A stretch of 63,950 nt of DNA, the filler included, from Octopus bimaculoides (lineage: Eukaryota), in the NCBI RefSeq assembly GCF_001194135.2. It is 6 parts of 6 records of this genome, joined end to end, with 100 filler letters (N's around TTAATTAATTAA, not from the genome) between each part and the next. Parts side by side here need not be neighbours in the genome. Positions count along the whole stretch, not along the records: positions 1 to 18,392 come from NC_068984.1; 5 more parts are not named here. One strand, written 5' to 3'. Made by a program: the position numbers and the translations under genes. Positions 1-11,498 of the stretch are shown here, piece after piece (the first letter of the stretch is position 1; every line of letters begins with the position of its first letter). Under the pieces are notes generated by a model. That model searched no databases, was not told the DNA's origin, and saw nothing but the letters and a program-made list of their open reading frames with translations.

Positions 1-192
1 GTTTTCGTGCAGGTGACACGTAAAAGCACCCACTACACTCTCTGAGTGGTTGGCGTTAGGAAGGGCATCCAGCTGTAGAAACTCTGCCAAATTTAGATTG
101 GAGCCTGGTGTTGCCATCCGGTTTCACCAGTCCTCAGTCAAATCGTCCAACCCATGCTAGCATGGAAAGCGGACGTTAAACGATGATGATGA
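1..192 (+). mobile_element. Retroposon family A, RTE-type 3' tail ending in (GAT)n
   Basis: About 80% identical to 12901-13082 (GTAAAAGCACCCACTACACTC...AGGAAGGGCATCCAGCTGTAGAAAC...AACCCATGC.AGCATGGAAA). Confidence 0.8.
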
Positions 193-2349
193 TATATAGT
201 GAAATTCTGTCTCTCCGTCCATCTGAGGTCCCTGTATTTCAGTCTACGTTTGCTCTACATAGACACATTATACCTTTATGGAGTCATGATGATTTTGGAA
301 TTGAAAATCAGCCCTTCATTAGGTTCTTGAATATCCAGCATTGGGATCAGGTCTGGATGAGGATTTGTTATATGCTAACAGTTGAAAATTCAAATTTCAG
401 AAGAACTCCAAAAATTTGTGAGCTTACAAGTTTTTTTTATTTAGACTGAATTTAAAGTAATACCATATTGGTAGGGTACTAATAAATGCTTTATTATTAT
501 TATTGCTCTCTTTAGTTTTGAGTCGCAGGCTTAATTAGCGCTCCACAGGAGCTAGCTTGAAAGTCCACACAGAGTGCAGCTTTTAAGATAATGTATATGT
601 AAAAGAGACAGCACAGATGTGACCCAGAGTTTGTAGTGTACTGGTGAGTCATTGATAATCTGTCTGTAGACAGAGTTTACTGCTGTAAATCAACAGTAGC
701 ACCACTTGAGTAACAAGTGTGTTGTTAGCTTGTAGTAGTACTCCTACAGATTAGTAGGAAGTTCCACAAACTCACTGAAATATAGTCATCCTTGAAAATC
801 CTGTCAGTCTTTTATAAGTCACAAGAAATCCATCATTATTCAATCAAGGTCCATTTTTTTCAAACTGACATTATATTGGTATCTGAATCAACAGATATTG
901 CCATTATTTTTTAAACACAATGTAGACATTTCGAACAATTATTGATTTAGTTTAGATAGAGATGGAAACATTATAATAATAGAATTACAGACGTAGCTGT
1001 GGTATAAATGGGATTATGCAATTGGATCATTTGGATAAAGAAGACTAACTGAAGAAAACTTTTCAGAACAATACCAAAAACTAATAGTTATATATGTGTG
1101 AAGGAATTTCAACAGATTAGTAATAACAAGATGATGTTTTTAGGATGTAATGGTTTTAGTTTAAAAGTACAGACAACAGCAACTATAATAAAACTAATGT
1201 TTATTATTATACAATATTATTGGTATTAGCCATACTAACATTTTGTTTCTGATATTACAAAAGGGTCTCAAGAATAACTACTTCCACTACCACCACCATC
1301 ACCACCAATATTACTCCTACTTCAACAGTTAAGATGGGGTAGAATCTGTTGCAGTAATATATTATTCACAACAGCAGTAAGAAGAATAAAATTATGGTTT
1401 TTGACAGAATCAAATTGTTACAATCCAAACAAAGCCTATGTTTATTAAAATAAGTTACAAAGTGAGTAGCAGCATGAGCAACTGAAATATGATGATATTG
1501 GTTTCTTTTGTAAGGGAGATCTAGGATTGATAGAATCAAATCTCCAGTATATTGGTACTTATTTTGTAAGTCTCATAGAGACAATCCAATGTGGAAGCTT
1601 CTATGTCATTTTAACATGCCAAAAATGGTAACCAAATTGCCCTCATTTCATATCATATCATATTAAAGAGAAAAAAAAACAACAGATGATTGAAACTGGA
1701 AAGCTTCTTATTATAGGTCTACCATATCAAGGCTGACCTGGTGTTGAAAAGCAACCTGTTAAGGATGATACTTAAAATTTAAACTCTTAAAATTTAGTCC
1801 AGTTTTCTAACAGTTTCTACAAACCCATTCTCCTCAATCTGCAGTTGATATTGATTAAAGTCTGATACTCACACATTTTTCAATAAACCCATACTTTTTG
1901 ATCTGCAGACAATATTGATTAAATTACCCAAACTCTAAAGTTGTTGAAGAATTGCTAAAGAAATTTGAGAATCAAAATAGATTTTGGTTTAGAATACCTG
2001 TCAATCAAAATATAAAGCCATTGTCATTTGATTTAGATGTTTGTACAAATTCTTATTTGAATAGGCTTGGTTTTACTATAGCTTTTGTTAGCTAATTATA
2101 TTGCTATCTGTAACTAATACAGCAAGCAACTCTAATTAGCTTCACTAAGAAAAGGTGTAACTGTCTTTAATTTTCACACTAAACTATTTCTTTTTCTATT
2201 TCTGCTCTTTGTTCTTTTCTTTTCTTTAAAGATTTCAAGCATTTCATATAATTTAACACTTTTTTCACTATTTATATCTTGTTGTCATATTGGGATGATT
2301 TAAGTAAATTTTCCTATCAGGTTACTAACTCCCCACCCCAAAGAAACAG

Positions 2350-2700
2350 GAAATTTATTCACAGTGTTTTCCTAAAGAGAACATTAATTCGTAGTGTTCC
2401 CGAAAACAAGACTTATTCAATGTTCCCCAAACAGGACTTCTATTCATAGTGTCCCCCAAAACAGGACTCATTCATAGTGTCCCCCAAAACAGGATATTTA
2501 TTAAGTGTGCCCCAAAATAGGACTTTATTCAGTGTGCCCAAAAATTAACCTTTTATTCAGTGTGCTCTAAAACAAGACACTTATTCAGTTTGCTTCAAAA
2601 GAGGACTTTTATTCATAGTGTCCTCCCAAAACGACTTTCATGTGCCCCAAAACAGGACTTTATTCACATGTCCCCCCAAAAGAACATTTATTCAGTCTCC
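2350..2700. repeat. Minisatellite, about 13 degenerate copies of a 27-30 bp unit (TATTCA[TA]GTGTCCCCCAAAACAGGAC)
   Basis: Periodic TATTCA/CCCCAAAACAGGAC motifs read directly. Confidence 0.85.
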
Positions 2701-3506
2701 TATATGACAGAGCATTTAAGTAAGCAAATTATAGGATATGAAGTATTTCTTTTAATTTTAAATACTTTTTCCATATTATTAACTTTTCAATAATTTAAAC
2801 TCTTATAAAATCATTGTTTTATGACCTTTACCATTTATTTATCTTGTAATTAATTGTAGAATGAAATTAAATTTTATGCATGAATTTGGTTAAGATTTGA
2901 ATTATTGTTTTTCTAATTTTCTTTTTATGGTATAGTTTTCAATTTGTAATTGTACAAGAATATATCTATATCATATAACATTTATAACACACAAGCATAC
3001 ATGCATACTTACACACATGTGCATGTGAGTACACATACACACACACATGCATGTAGCAAATGCACTTACTTTCATGGGCATACATGTACACACTTAATCA
3101 CATGCACACTACACCCACCCACACAAACACATATTTTTCCTGTTTTTTATGTTAGCATTATCAAAATGTTTTCAATTTTAGACCATTCCATTACATGTTA
3201 CTGAAACAAGTATTTTTGTCATAATTATTTTAGTGTCTGTTTCTTAATACTGTCATGTATTGGACAGCTCTGCTATCCTTCCTAAACTAGTTATGCTGAT
3301 TAAAGCAGAACAACAGAATAATGTACCTTGTCTAGAGTTCCAAATTTCAAGTGATAACCATATAGTCAGCTCTATTTATATATTTTCAACATTATTTGAA
3401 GTACAAAGTCAAGTATTTTGTTGTTGTTATAAGCAAATTGGTTTATTTAGGAATATGTTTGATGGACTCAACTTTTAAATCCTAAGAAGGAAGATCTTGC
3501 GAAAAC

Positions 3507-3544
<38 letters not shown>

Positions 3545-4812
3545 ATGTAGTAGGATTCAGAAATCATTAAATTTCTACTGATAAAAACCTATAACTAACT
3601 GACTCTCCATTGGTTTATGCCAATGAGGGTTTGCCAGCTGAGTGGACTGGAGCAACGTGAAATAAAATGTCTTGCTCAAGGACACAATGTGCAACAGGGA
3701 ATCGAACTCATGACCTTAAGATCCTGAGCCAAATACCCTAACCTCCAAACCAAATGCCTTCATGTAAGAAAATATAAAGACTACAAAATTAAAAAAAATT
3801 ATCATCATCATTTTAGCTTCCACTTTTCCATTCTTACATGGGTTGGGCTTTTCTCCTGATGAAGCAAATTTCCTACACCAGACGCCTTTCCTTTCTCATA
3901 ACCAGATGCATTTTCACAACAGATTGGAAATGAAGGATTCCGCTTGCACAATGGAGTCATTTGTTTTCAACTATCACACAATGTCAAGGCAAGGTGACAG
4001 TTGCACATGCACAAGCACACACGCATATACATACATATGTATATATTTTTATTGATATTTAGTAGAAGTAGCAGAGTGACTCAAGGTCTGACAGTTTAAT
4101 GTATTAACCAGACTATCATATGTTGTTACACACTGTTGGTTAAAATATGATTCCTTGTCTTGTAGCTTTTAAATGATGTCACTGACTGGCTAGGCAGGCA
4201 GGCAAACAGATGTTTGCTCTAAGCAGAATGTTAGTCTGTCGCAGGGTTACTAATTTACATCTGAGTAGACTGAGCAACATAGAATGAAGTGTTTTGCACT
4301 ATCAGTTTAAGAATCAAAACCACGATCTTGAGTGCAACACCCCGCCTATTAGGTTACATGCCTTCACATGCACATGCACGAATGGGTGCGTGTACAATGG
4401 TTTTTTTTTCAGTTTTTGTCTATCTGAGGCTGTTGCAGAAGACACTTCCCCATGCAATGGGATTGAACCTGGAACCACATGGTTGCAAAGCAAAATTCTT
4501 ACCACACAGCCATGCCTGTATCTATTATGAGCTATTTGCATTTATAAACTTTATCAAATAAATAAAAATAGAGTTCTGAAGTACCTTTCAAATGATACAA
4601 TGTATTAAGTGCTTTGTGCAAAGAAAAGATTTGTAAATGCAAAGTTCATTATGCATATGTTGAATAGATAAGGTCAAATAGTTGTGTGATTTCAATGTCA
4701 ACATTGTCGCTGAATTTATAATCTCTGACAATAGATAAAAAATCCAGTTTTCAAATGCAACACCACACAACACACCTCAACACAACACAAAATCTCTCTC
4801 TCTCTCTCTCCC

Positions 4813-4844
<32 letters not shown>

Positions 4845-5499
4845 ACACACACACACAGTTTTCAAAAAGTAAGCCTTGAAAATAATGAATGAGTTCCCAC
4901 ATATAGATAGGTACTTTGTGATAAACATGCATGATTACAGCAATGTAGAAGTTGAATTAACAATAAATTATGCTGGCAATACGCTTAAGATACAATTTTC
5001 TATGACTCAGTCTGTTGAGCTGTCAATAGACACTGCAAGGACATTCAACTTTCTGTCATGTAATATATTGATATTTTCTTTGTAATGTTGAGTAAAAATC
5101 TCCTGGTAGATACACAGCTTCTCAGAGCATAAATATTCTCCTCTTCTTGAACATGGTTATCTCACCTAGCAGTTGATCTTATTTGTCATATTTGCAAAAA
5201 TGGTGTTGGTAAGAGTCTATCTTCTAACTCTGTTAGGCTGGTTTTTGAGGCATAATCTAAAACCTTTTCTTTCATATTGGCATTGAAGCAATAAATATAT
5301 TGGACTCTTCCCTCATTGCATTAAGATCAGTGAAAGAGTAAGAAAATATATTTCAAACTTTTTTGGTTAGAAAAAGATCCTTTTTGTTTTGGAGGATTCA
5401 AACAAAAACAAAAGCCAACACCAATACTGACAGCAAAGAGAGTTTTGTTAATCATTCCTTGTTTGTGAGTGATTTCTTAATTAAATAAAAGGAAAAAGA

Positions 5500-5826
5500 C
5501 TCCCTTTGGTCATAAATGACCATGGGATTGCATGAGTTCCCCTCTGAAGGACAAGTCCAGGCAAGGTTGTTTGTGGAAGGCCAGCAGTTGCCCAGCATAT
5601 ACGCCTCCCCTATCCACACCATTGATGTTATCAAAAGGAAAGGCAAACACCAATACAGCTTGGCACCAGTTACATCACAACTCATTTCTACTGCTGAGTG
5701 AACCGGAGCAATGTAAAATTGTGTGTTTGCTCAAGAACACAATACACAGCCCGGTCTGGGAATTGAACTCACTACGTCATGCTTGTGAGCCCGATGCTCT
5801 AACCACTGGGCCAGATGCCTTCACTT
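5500..5826 (-). mobile_element. tRNA-headed SINE family D
   Basis: Minus strand TGAAGGC..TGGCCCAGTGGTTAGAGC...GAGTTCAATTCCC and GTGTTCTTGAGCAA. Relatives at 3625-3762(-), 20040-20175(+) and 57445-57728(-). Confidence 0.8.
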
Positions 5827-5967
5827 AATTAAATATAATGTCCTAAAATTACTGGAAGTCAAGTTCTGTTTTATAATGAGTTTGATGAAATAGGTTATAA
5901 TTTTGATAAAATGTTTTGAAACCAAAACATAACAGTAATTATCATTTACCTATTATTTATTTTTCAG

Positions 5968-7278
5968 TTGAAGAAGAAGAAGAAGGAAAGAGAACATACA
6001 AGCAGTAGCTTTGATGAATGTAAATATGGAGCTGATAGTGAAAAAGATGAAATGAGTAGTGCTTTGTCTCTTGGAGAAGATTCAAATGAACCTAAAATAT
6101 TACATGACAGATCAATATCTGATAAAGATGAAGACAGCAGTCAGTCTTTTGACCCGCCAAAAACTTTAGTTGTTGATAAAGAACTTGTGGCAGATAATGA
6201 AACTAATTTAGAATATCAGCTCATGGCAGACAATGAAACTAATTTAGAATGTCAGTTCAAAGAGGCTATTAAAGAAGAACTCGAGGCCGTGTCAAGCCTT
6301 TCTACTCAACAATTAGATGTAGGTAATGAAGAACTTGTGATAGCGCAGGAATTAATTGCTGCATGTTCTGAAGATGAACCCAAGGAAGTTGATGAGAATG
6401 AAGAACAAGTTGTACCATTGTCCTCATCTGATATTCCATGCCAGTATTTTGTGGAAGGTATTTCTGAAGAACATTTTGTTAATCAAGATTTGGTTTCAGA
6501 TGTCCAAGAGGAATTGCAAGAACAGCAAAAGTGTATCCCCAGTATTGACAGACCTGTTTCAGAAGCTGAATTAACAACAAATAATGATCAAGAAACTGGG
6601 TCTTTGTCTTCTTCAGCTCCCAAAGAACCAGCTGTCATTATTGGTTCACCTGGCAACCTTAATGAATTAGCTGCAAGGACACTTATATCAAGCATGCACA
6701 CTGCTACCAACTGTGAAGAACATTGTCATCTTGGTAAATTAGAAGAGTCTGTAATTATTCAAAATACGTTTCAACAAGAGAATGATTTTGAGAATAGCAG
6801 TAATCGATTGTCAGAGATTGATATCGACCTCAGCTCTCAAAATGTAGCATCCATTATACCCGAGTCTAGTTCAGCTGTGTTAAGAAATGAAGACAGTTTA
6901 CTTGATAGTGATCTCCAGCAATGTAATAACCAAATGCAAGATGCTCAATCGCCAGGTCAATGTGCTCTTCTTCAGTTGGATGCAGATGATGAAGAATTAG
7001 CGTCAAATATTCCTTTAATGGCTGAAGTTCAAAGGAAAGGAATGCCACTTATGGCTGCAACAGAAGCTTATGAAGAACAGTGTTGGGATGTTGCTTATGA
7101 ACATTTAAATTCACCCTCTGAGACAGACTCTGCTTCAGCAAATTTGAGCCCAAAGTTTAGTTCTAGGCAGGTAAATGCACCTCGTTGTATACAGCCATTA
7201 ACCAGAATACAGCTGCGAAGTCTTTATTACAACAATGAACTTGCAGTTAATGAAGAGTTAATTAATAATTTTGTACAG
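5968..7278 (+). CDS. EPG5: Large 5' coding exon (437 codons, phase 0/0) of ectopic P-granules autophagy protein 5 homolog; acidic, probably disordered N-terminus
   Basis: Acceptor tttttcag at 5960-5967 and donor CAG|gttagt at 7279. Open frame LKKKKKEREH...IQPLTRIQLRSLYYNNELAVNEELINNFVQ. The end matches the recalled EPG5 block (P-F/L-T-x-x-Q-L...E...F) and splices in frame to the next exon. Confidence 0.82.
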
Positions 7279-7462
7279 GTTAGTTCCTTCATTTATATAT
7301 TATTTTGCTTTTCATCATCATCACCACCATTGTAGAGCATTTTAATTGATTGTATTTCCATGTTTCTATGTGTTGTTAATTGGTTAATGTGTAATCATAC
7401 TTTACTAATGGATTGCCTTGTAACCTATTGAGCTATAGATGAATTGTTGAAGAAAGAGGCTG

Positions 7463-8163
7463 GGATCTAGTTCAAAACGGGGGCACCAGTTTTCATTTAT
7501 GTTTTATGTAGTGTTTTTGGTACCGAAAGACTTTCAAACTGCGTATACTTATCTATTTTGTATTATAGAACAGAAAAAAATTTTTGTATTCGGAGTTATT
7601 TCATGTAAAAAATTGTCTTATTTCGATAATTTCAACCAATCACTGACAAGTATTCACCTGTTTACAGTTACTCCTTTGGCAGTTTAAGCAGTGTAAAGCA
7701 TATTTAATCTCCATTTATAATTTCGTTAACATCTGCCTGAACTGTATGTGTACAACATTTGCTTTTTTCATTTTCTTTCACGCGTGTTTATTTCGTTAAC
7801 ATCTGCCTGAACTGTATGAAAGGTTTATTAGCTACTGCCTAACCCTAACCCTAACCCTAACCCTACTGCCAATATGCTTCAGCCATTTTTTGACAAGGAA
7901 ATAATAATTTTATCACCGCCAGAATCGTTTGCGAATTGTTTGTTTAAGTAGTCAGCACTTAATGTATTCGGCTGAATGGACGTCAGTCATTGGTTGAAAT
8001 TACAGAAATACGACAACTTTAACATGAAATAACTTGCGATGTACGTTTTTTTGTTAAGAAGACTAAGAGAAAAAGATGTTTTATATGACACATTCTACCA
8101 GTGTCCCAAGTTTCAAAGTGTTTCGTTAAGAAAATACTGGTGCCCCCGTTTTGAACTAGATCC
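7463..8163. mobile_element. Complete 701-bp non-autonomous DNA transposon (MITE), Merlin-type, in EPG5 intron
   Basis: Perfect 28-bp TIRs GGATCTAGTTCAAAACGGGGGCACCAGT (7463-7490, 8136-8163) and perfect 8-bp TSD AGAGGCTG (7455-7462, 8164-8171). GG...CC termini with an 8-bp TSD fit Merlin. Internal (CCCTAA)~4 at about 7838-7863. Confidence 0.85.
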
Positions 8164-8372
8164 AGAGGCTGTATCATGTCCCAACAAAGTTAACCTCATA
8201 TTTTCAACTGTGATGTTTTTTTTTATCTCCTCTTTCCTTAGAATTTATTTTTGTAGGTGAGTGAATTATTGATTTGATTTCAAGAAAGAAATAGTATCAA
8301 AAGCAAAACTAAAAAAAACAGTTTGAAATATTTTTAATATTATCTTTGCTATTTTGTTGTGAATATCTTTTG

Positions 8373-8404
<32 letters not shown>

Positions 8405-9487
8405 GTGTGTGTGTGTGTGTGTGTCTGTATGTGTGTGTGTATGTATGTTTGTGTGTGTATGTATGTATATATGTATATATATATATATATGTATATGTAT
8501 TTATATATGTATATATATATGTATGTATATGTGTGNNNNNNNNNNNNNNNNNNNNNNNNNNNNNNNNNNNNNNNNNNNNNNNNNNNNNNNNNNNNNNNNN
8601 NNNNNNNNNNNNNNNNNNNNNNNNNNNNNNNNNNNNNNNNNNNNNNNNNNNNNNNNNNNNNNNNNNNNNNNNNNNNNNNNNNNNNNNNNNNNNNNNNNNN
8701 NNNNNNNNNNNNNNNNNNNNNNNNNNNNNNNNNNNNNNNNNNNNNNNNNNNNNNNNNNNNNNNNNNNNNNNNNNNNNNNNNNNNNNNNNNNNNNNNNNNN
8801 NNNNNNNNNNNNNNNNNNNNNNNNNNNNNNNNNNNNNNNNNNNNNNNNNNNNNNNNNNNNNNNNNNNNNNNNNNNNNNNNNNNNNNNNNNNNNNNNNNNN
8901 NNNNNNNNNNNNNNNNNNNNNNNNNNNNNNNNNNNNNNNNNNNNNNNNNNNNNNNNNNNNNNNNNNNNNNNNNNNNNNNNNNNNNNNNNNNNNNNNNNNN
9001 NNNNNNNNNNNNNNNNNNNNNNNNNNNNNNNNNNNNNNNNNNNNNNNNNNNNNNNNNNNNNNNNNNNNNNNNNNNNNNNNNNNNNNNNNNNNNNNNNNNN
9101 NNNNNNNNNNNNNNNNNNNNNNNNNNNNNNNNNNNNNNNNNNNNNNNNNNNNNNNNNNNNNNNNNNNNNNNNNNNNNNNNNNNNNNNNNNNNNNNNNNNN
9201 NNNNNNNNNNNNNNNNNNNNNNNNNNNNNNNNNNNNNNNNNNNNNNNNNNNNNNNNNNNNNNNNNNNNNNNNNNNNNNNNNNNNNNNNNNNNNNNNNNNN
9301 NNNNNNNNNNNNNNNNNNNNNNNNNNNNNNNNNNNNNNNNNNNNNNNNNNNNNNNNNNNNNNNNNNNNNNNNNNNNNNNNNNNNNNNNNNNNNNNNNNNN
9401 NNNNNNNNNNNNNNNNNNNNNNNNNNNNNNNNNNNNNNNNNNNNNNNNNNNNNNNNNNNNNNNNNNNNNNNNNNNNNNNNNNNNNNN

Positions 9488-9518
<31 letters not shown>

Positions 9519-9529
9519 TAAATGAAATA

Positions 9530-10300
9530 GTGATAAGATCTGGTTAATAATCCCCTTCGCAATGCAGCTTAAATCTAACATAGTTCACTCCATAATGAGA
9601 CTTATAAATAAGCACTTGAACTTAGATAACAAATACTCAGGAATCCTTAAGTATAAAATTAGGGTAGGCCATAGCCTAACTAGTAACCTAGCTACCATCA
9701 TAGCCTTGATCAACAAAAATAAGCTAGACGCCTTCTACGTAACTATGAAAAATAGCATCATAAAACAAAACAGCCAATAGGCAAATAGAATAAATCTCAT
9801 CCTTAATAACTCGCCCTCAAACAACACGGACAACAACCTGATAAATAATAACCCTCCACAACACAATACAAGCACAGATAAACTGAATAATTTATGTGGC
9901 TGCTGAGACAGAAATAAGTGTCAATTCTCCAATAGGTGTAAAACAAAAAAACGTAATATACCAATGTGATGCACTCGTAAATAACCATACGAAATCTTAT
10001 ATAGGAGCCACGAAAGATGAAATGATACTTAGATACAATTCCTACCAATCTACCTTTAGAAATAGAAGTAAAGCAAACTATACAGGACTTAGTAGCTACA
10101 TTTGGGAATTAAAAGACAAAAAAAATTAACTATAGTTTAGAATGGCATATCCTAGCAAAAACTTTGTCCTATAGCATTACAATAAATGATGTGAACTCTG
10201 TATAAGTGAAAAACTACTAATTTTAATGGCCAAATTACCTCTACTCAATAAGAGATATGAAAATAATATTTTTTGTTTGCATAAATGCCAATTTGTATTC
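9530..10300 (+). mobile_element. Degenerate Penelope-like element: post-RT linker, Cys knuckle and GIY-YIG endonuclease
   Basis: With frameshifts: IW..NPF..QLKSNIVHSIMRLINKH, CGC*DRNKCQFSNRCKT, NVIYQC...SYIGATKDEMILRYNSYQSTFRN...LSSYIWELKDK, CELCISEKLLIL. These are typical PLE C-terminal motifs. Confidence 0.85.
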
Positions 10301-10681
10301 TCTAAGTTTCGTTTAACCCACTCATTCCTGTATACACCACTATCTCCTAGCTTAAATGTTATTAGCAGACCTACTTATCAGTATATTACCTCCCCTTAAC
10401 CTTCCTGAACCTTAATTAGCTTACATATATCTAACTCACATTATAAATAAATAATTCATATCTACATTCTATGCTAGCCTACTCCAACCCACATTATCAA
10501 TAAATGATAATATACCTAATCTACATTCTATGCTAGCCTACCTTTTCCTATAATTCATTTCAGTCACGAACTACCAACTCTTTTTACATGGTTCTGGGTT
10601 CAGTCACACTACATGATATCTTGGACAAATGTCTTTTACTCTAACCTTGAGCTCTAGTGGGTTTGGTAGTCAGATTTGGTA

Positions 10682-10713
<32 letters not shown>

Positions 10714-10980
10714 GGCGCAGGAGTGGCTGTGTGGTAAGTAGCTTGCTTACCAACCACATGGTTCCGGGTTCAGTCCCACTGTGTGGCACCTTGGGCATGT
10801 GTCTTCTACTATAGCCTCGGGCCGACCAAAGCCTTGTGAGTGGATTTGGTAAACGGAAACTGAAAGAAGCCTGTCGTATATATGTATATATATATATGTA
10901 TGTGTGTTTGTGTGTCTCTGTTTGTCCCCCCCACCATCGCTTGACAACCGATGCTGGTGTGTTTACGTCCCTGTAACTTA
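10714..10980 (+). mobile_element. tRNA-headed SINE family B (bipartite, internal microsatellite), cut by gap
   Basis: A-box-like TGGCTGTGTGGTAAG and B-box-like GGTTCAGTCCC, body GGCACCTTGGGCA.GTGTCTT. Homologous to 19023, 22041 and 28874. Confidence 0.9.
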
Positions 10981-11498
10981 NNNNNNNNNNNNNNNNNNNN
11001 NNNNNNNNNNNNNNNNNNNNNNNNNNNNNNNNNNNNNNNNNNNNNNNNNNNNNNNNNNNNNNNNNNNNNNNNNNNNNNNNNNNNNNNNNNNNNNNNNNNN
11101 NNNNNNNNNNNNNNNNNNNNNNNNNNNNNNNNNNNNNNNNNNNNNNNNNNNNNNNNNNNNNNNNNNNNNNNNNNNNNNNNNNNNNNNNNNNNNNNNNNNN
11201 NNNNNNNNNNNNNNNNNNNNNNNNNNNNNNNNNNNNNNNNNNNNNNNNNNNNNNNNNNNNNNNNNNNNNNNNNNNNNNNNNNNNNNNNNNNNNNNNNNNN
11301 NNNNNNNNNNNNNNNNNNNNNNNNNNNNNNNNNNNNNNNNNNNNNNNNNNNNNNNNNNNNNNNNNNNNNNNNNNNNNNNNNNNNNNNNNNNNNNNNNNNN
11401 NNNNNNNNNNNNNNNNNNNNNNNNNNNNNNNNNNNNNNNNNNNNNNNNNNNNNNNNNNNNNNNNNNNNNNNNNNNNNNTATTTTGTCTTATAGAACAG

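Noticed and set aside
110-145. Minus-strand CUGAGGA…GAAACCGGAU hammerhead-like match in family A
   Set aside because: There is no stem II closing pair, U16.1 is missing, and the motif is not conserved in the 12901 copy.
2350-2700. CRISPR-like array
   Set aside because: Units are contiguous and degenerate with no unique spacers; eukaryotic context and no cas genes.
5968-5970. M start of the 455-aa ORF in the track
   Set aside because: The codon is TTG directly after a canonical acceptor. The ORF tail past 7278 is intron read-through.
8346-9581. Long ORFs spanning N runs (also at 10.7-11.5, 23.2-23.7, 25.8-26.4, 31.9-32.6, 38.5-39.3, 46.3-46.9, 50.6-51.6 and 54.6-55.2 kb)
   Set aside because: Their length comes from untranslatable X stretches plus dinucleotide repeats; there is no coding signal.
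10714-10790. tRNA genes at SINE heads (also 5750-5824, 20040-20100, 28874-28945, 48660-48710)
   Set aside because: Only A/B-box-like motifs are present, no complete cloverleaf, and most continue directly into SINE bodies.
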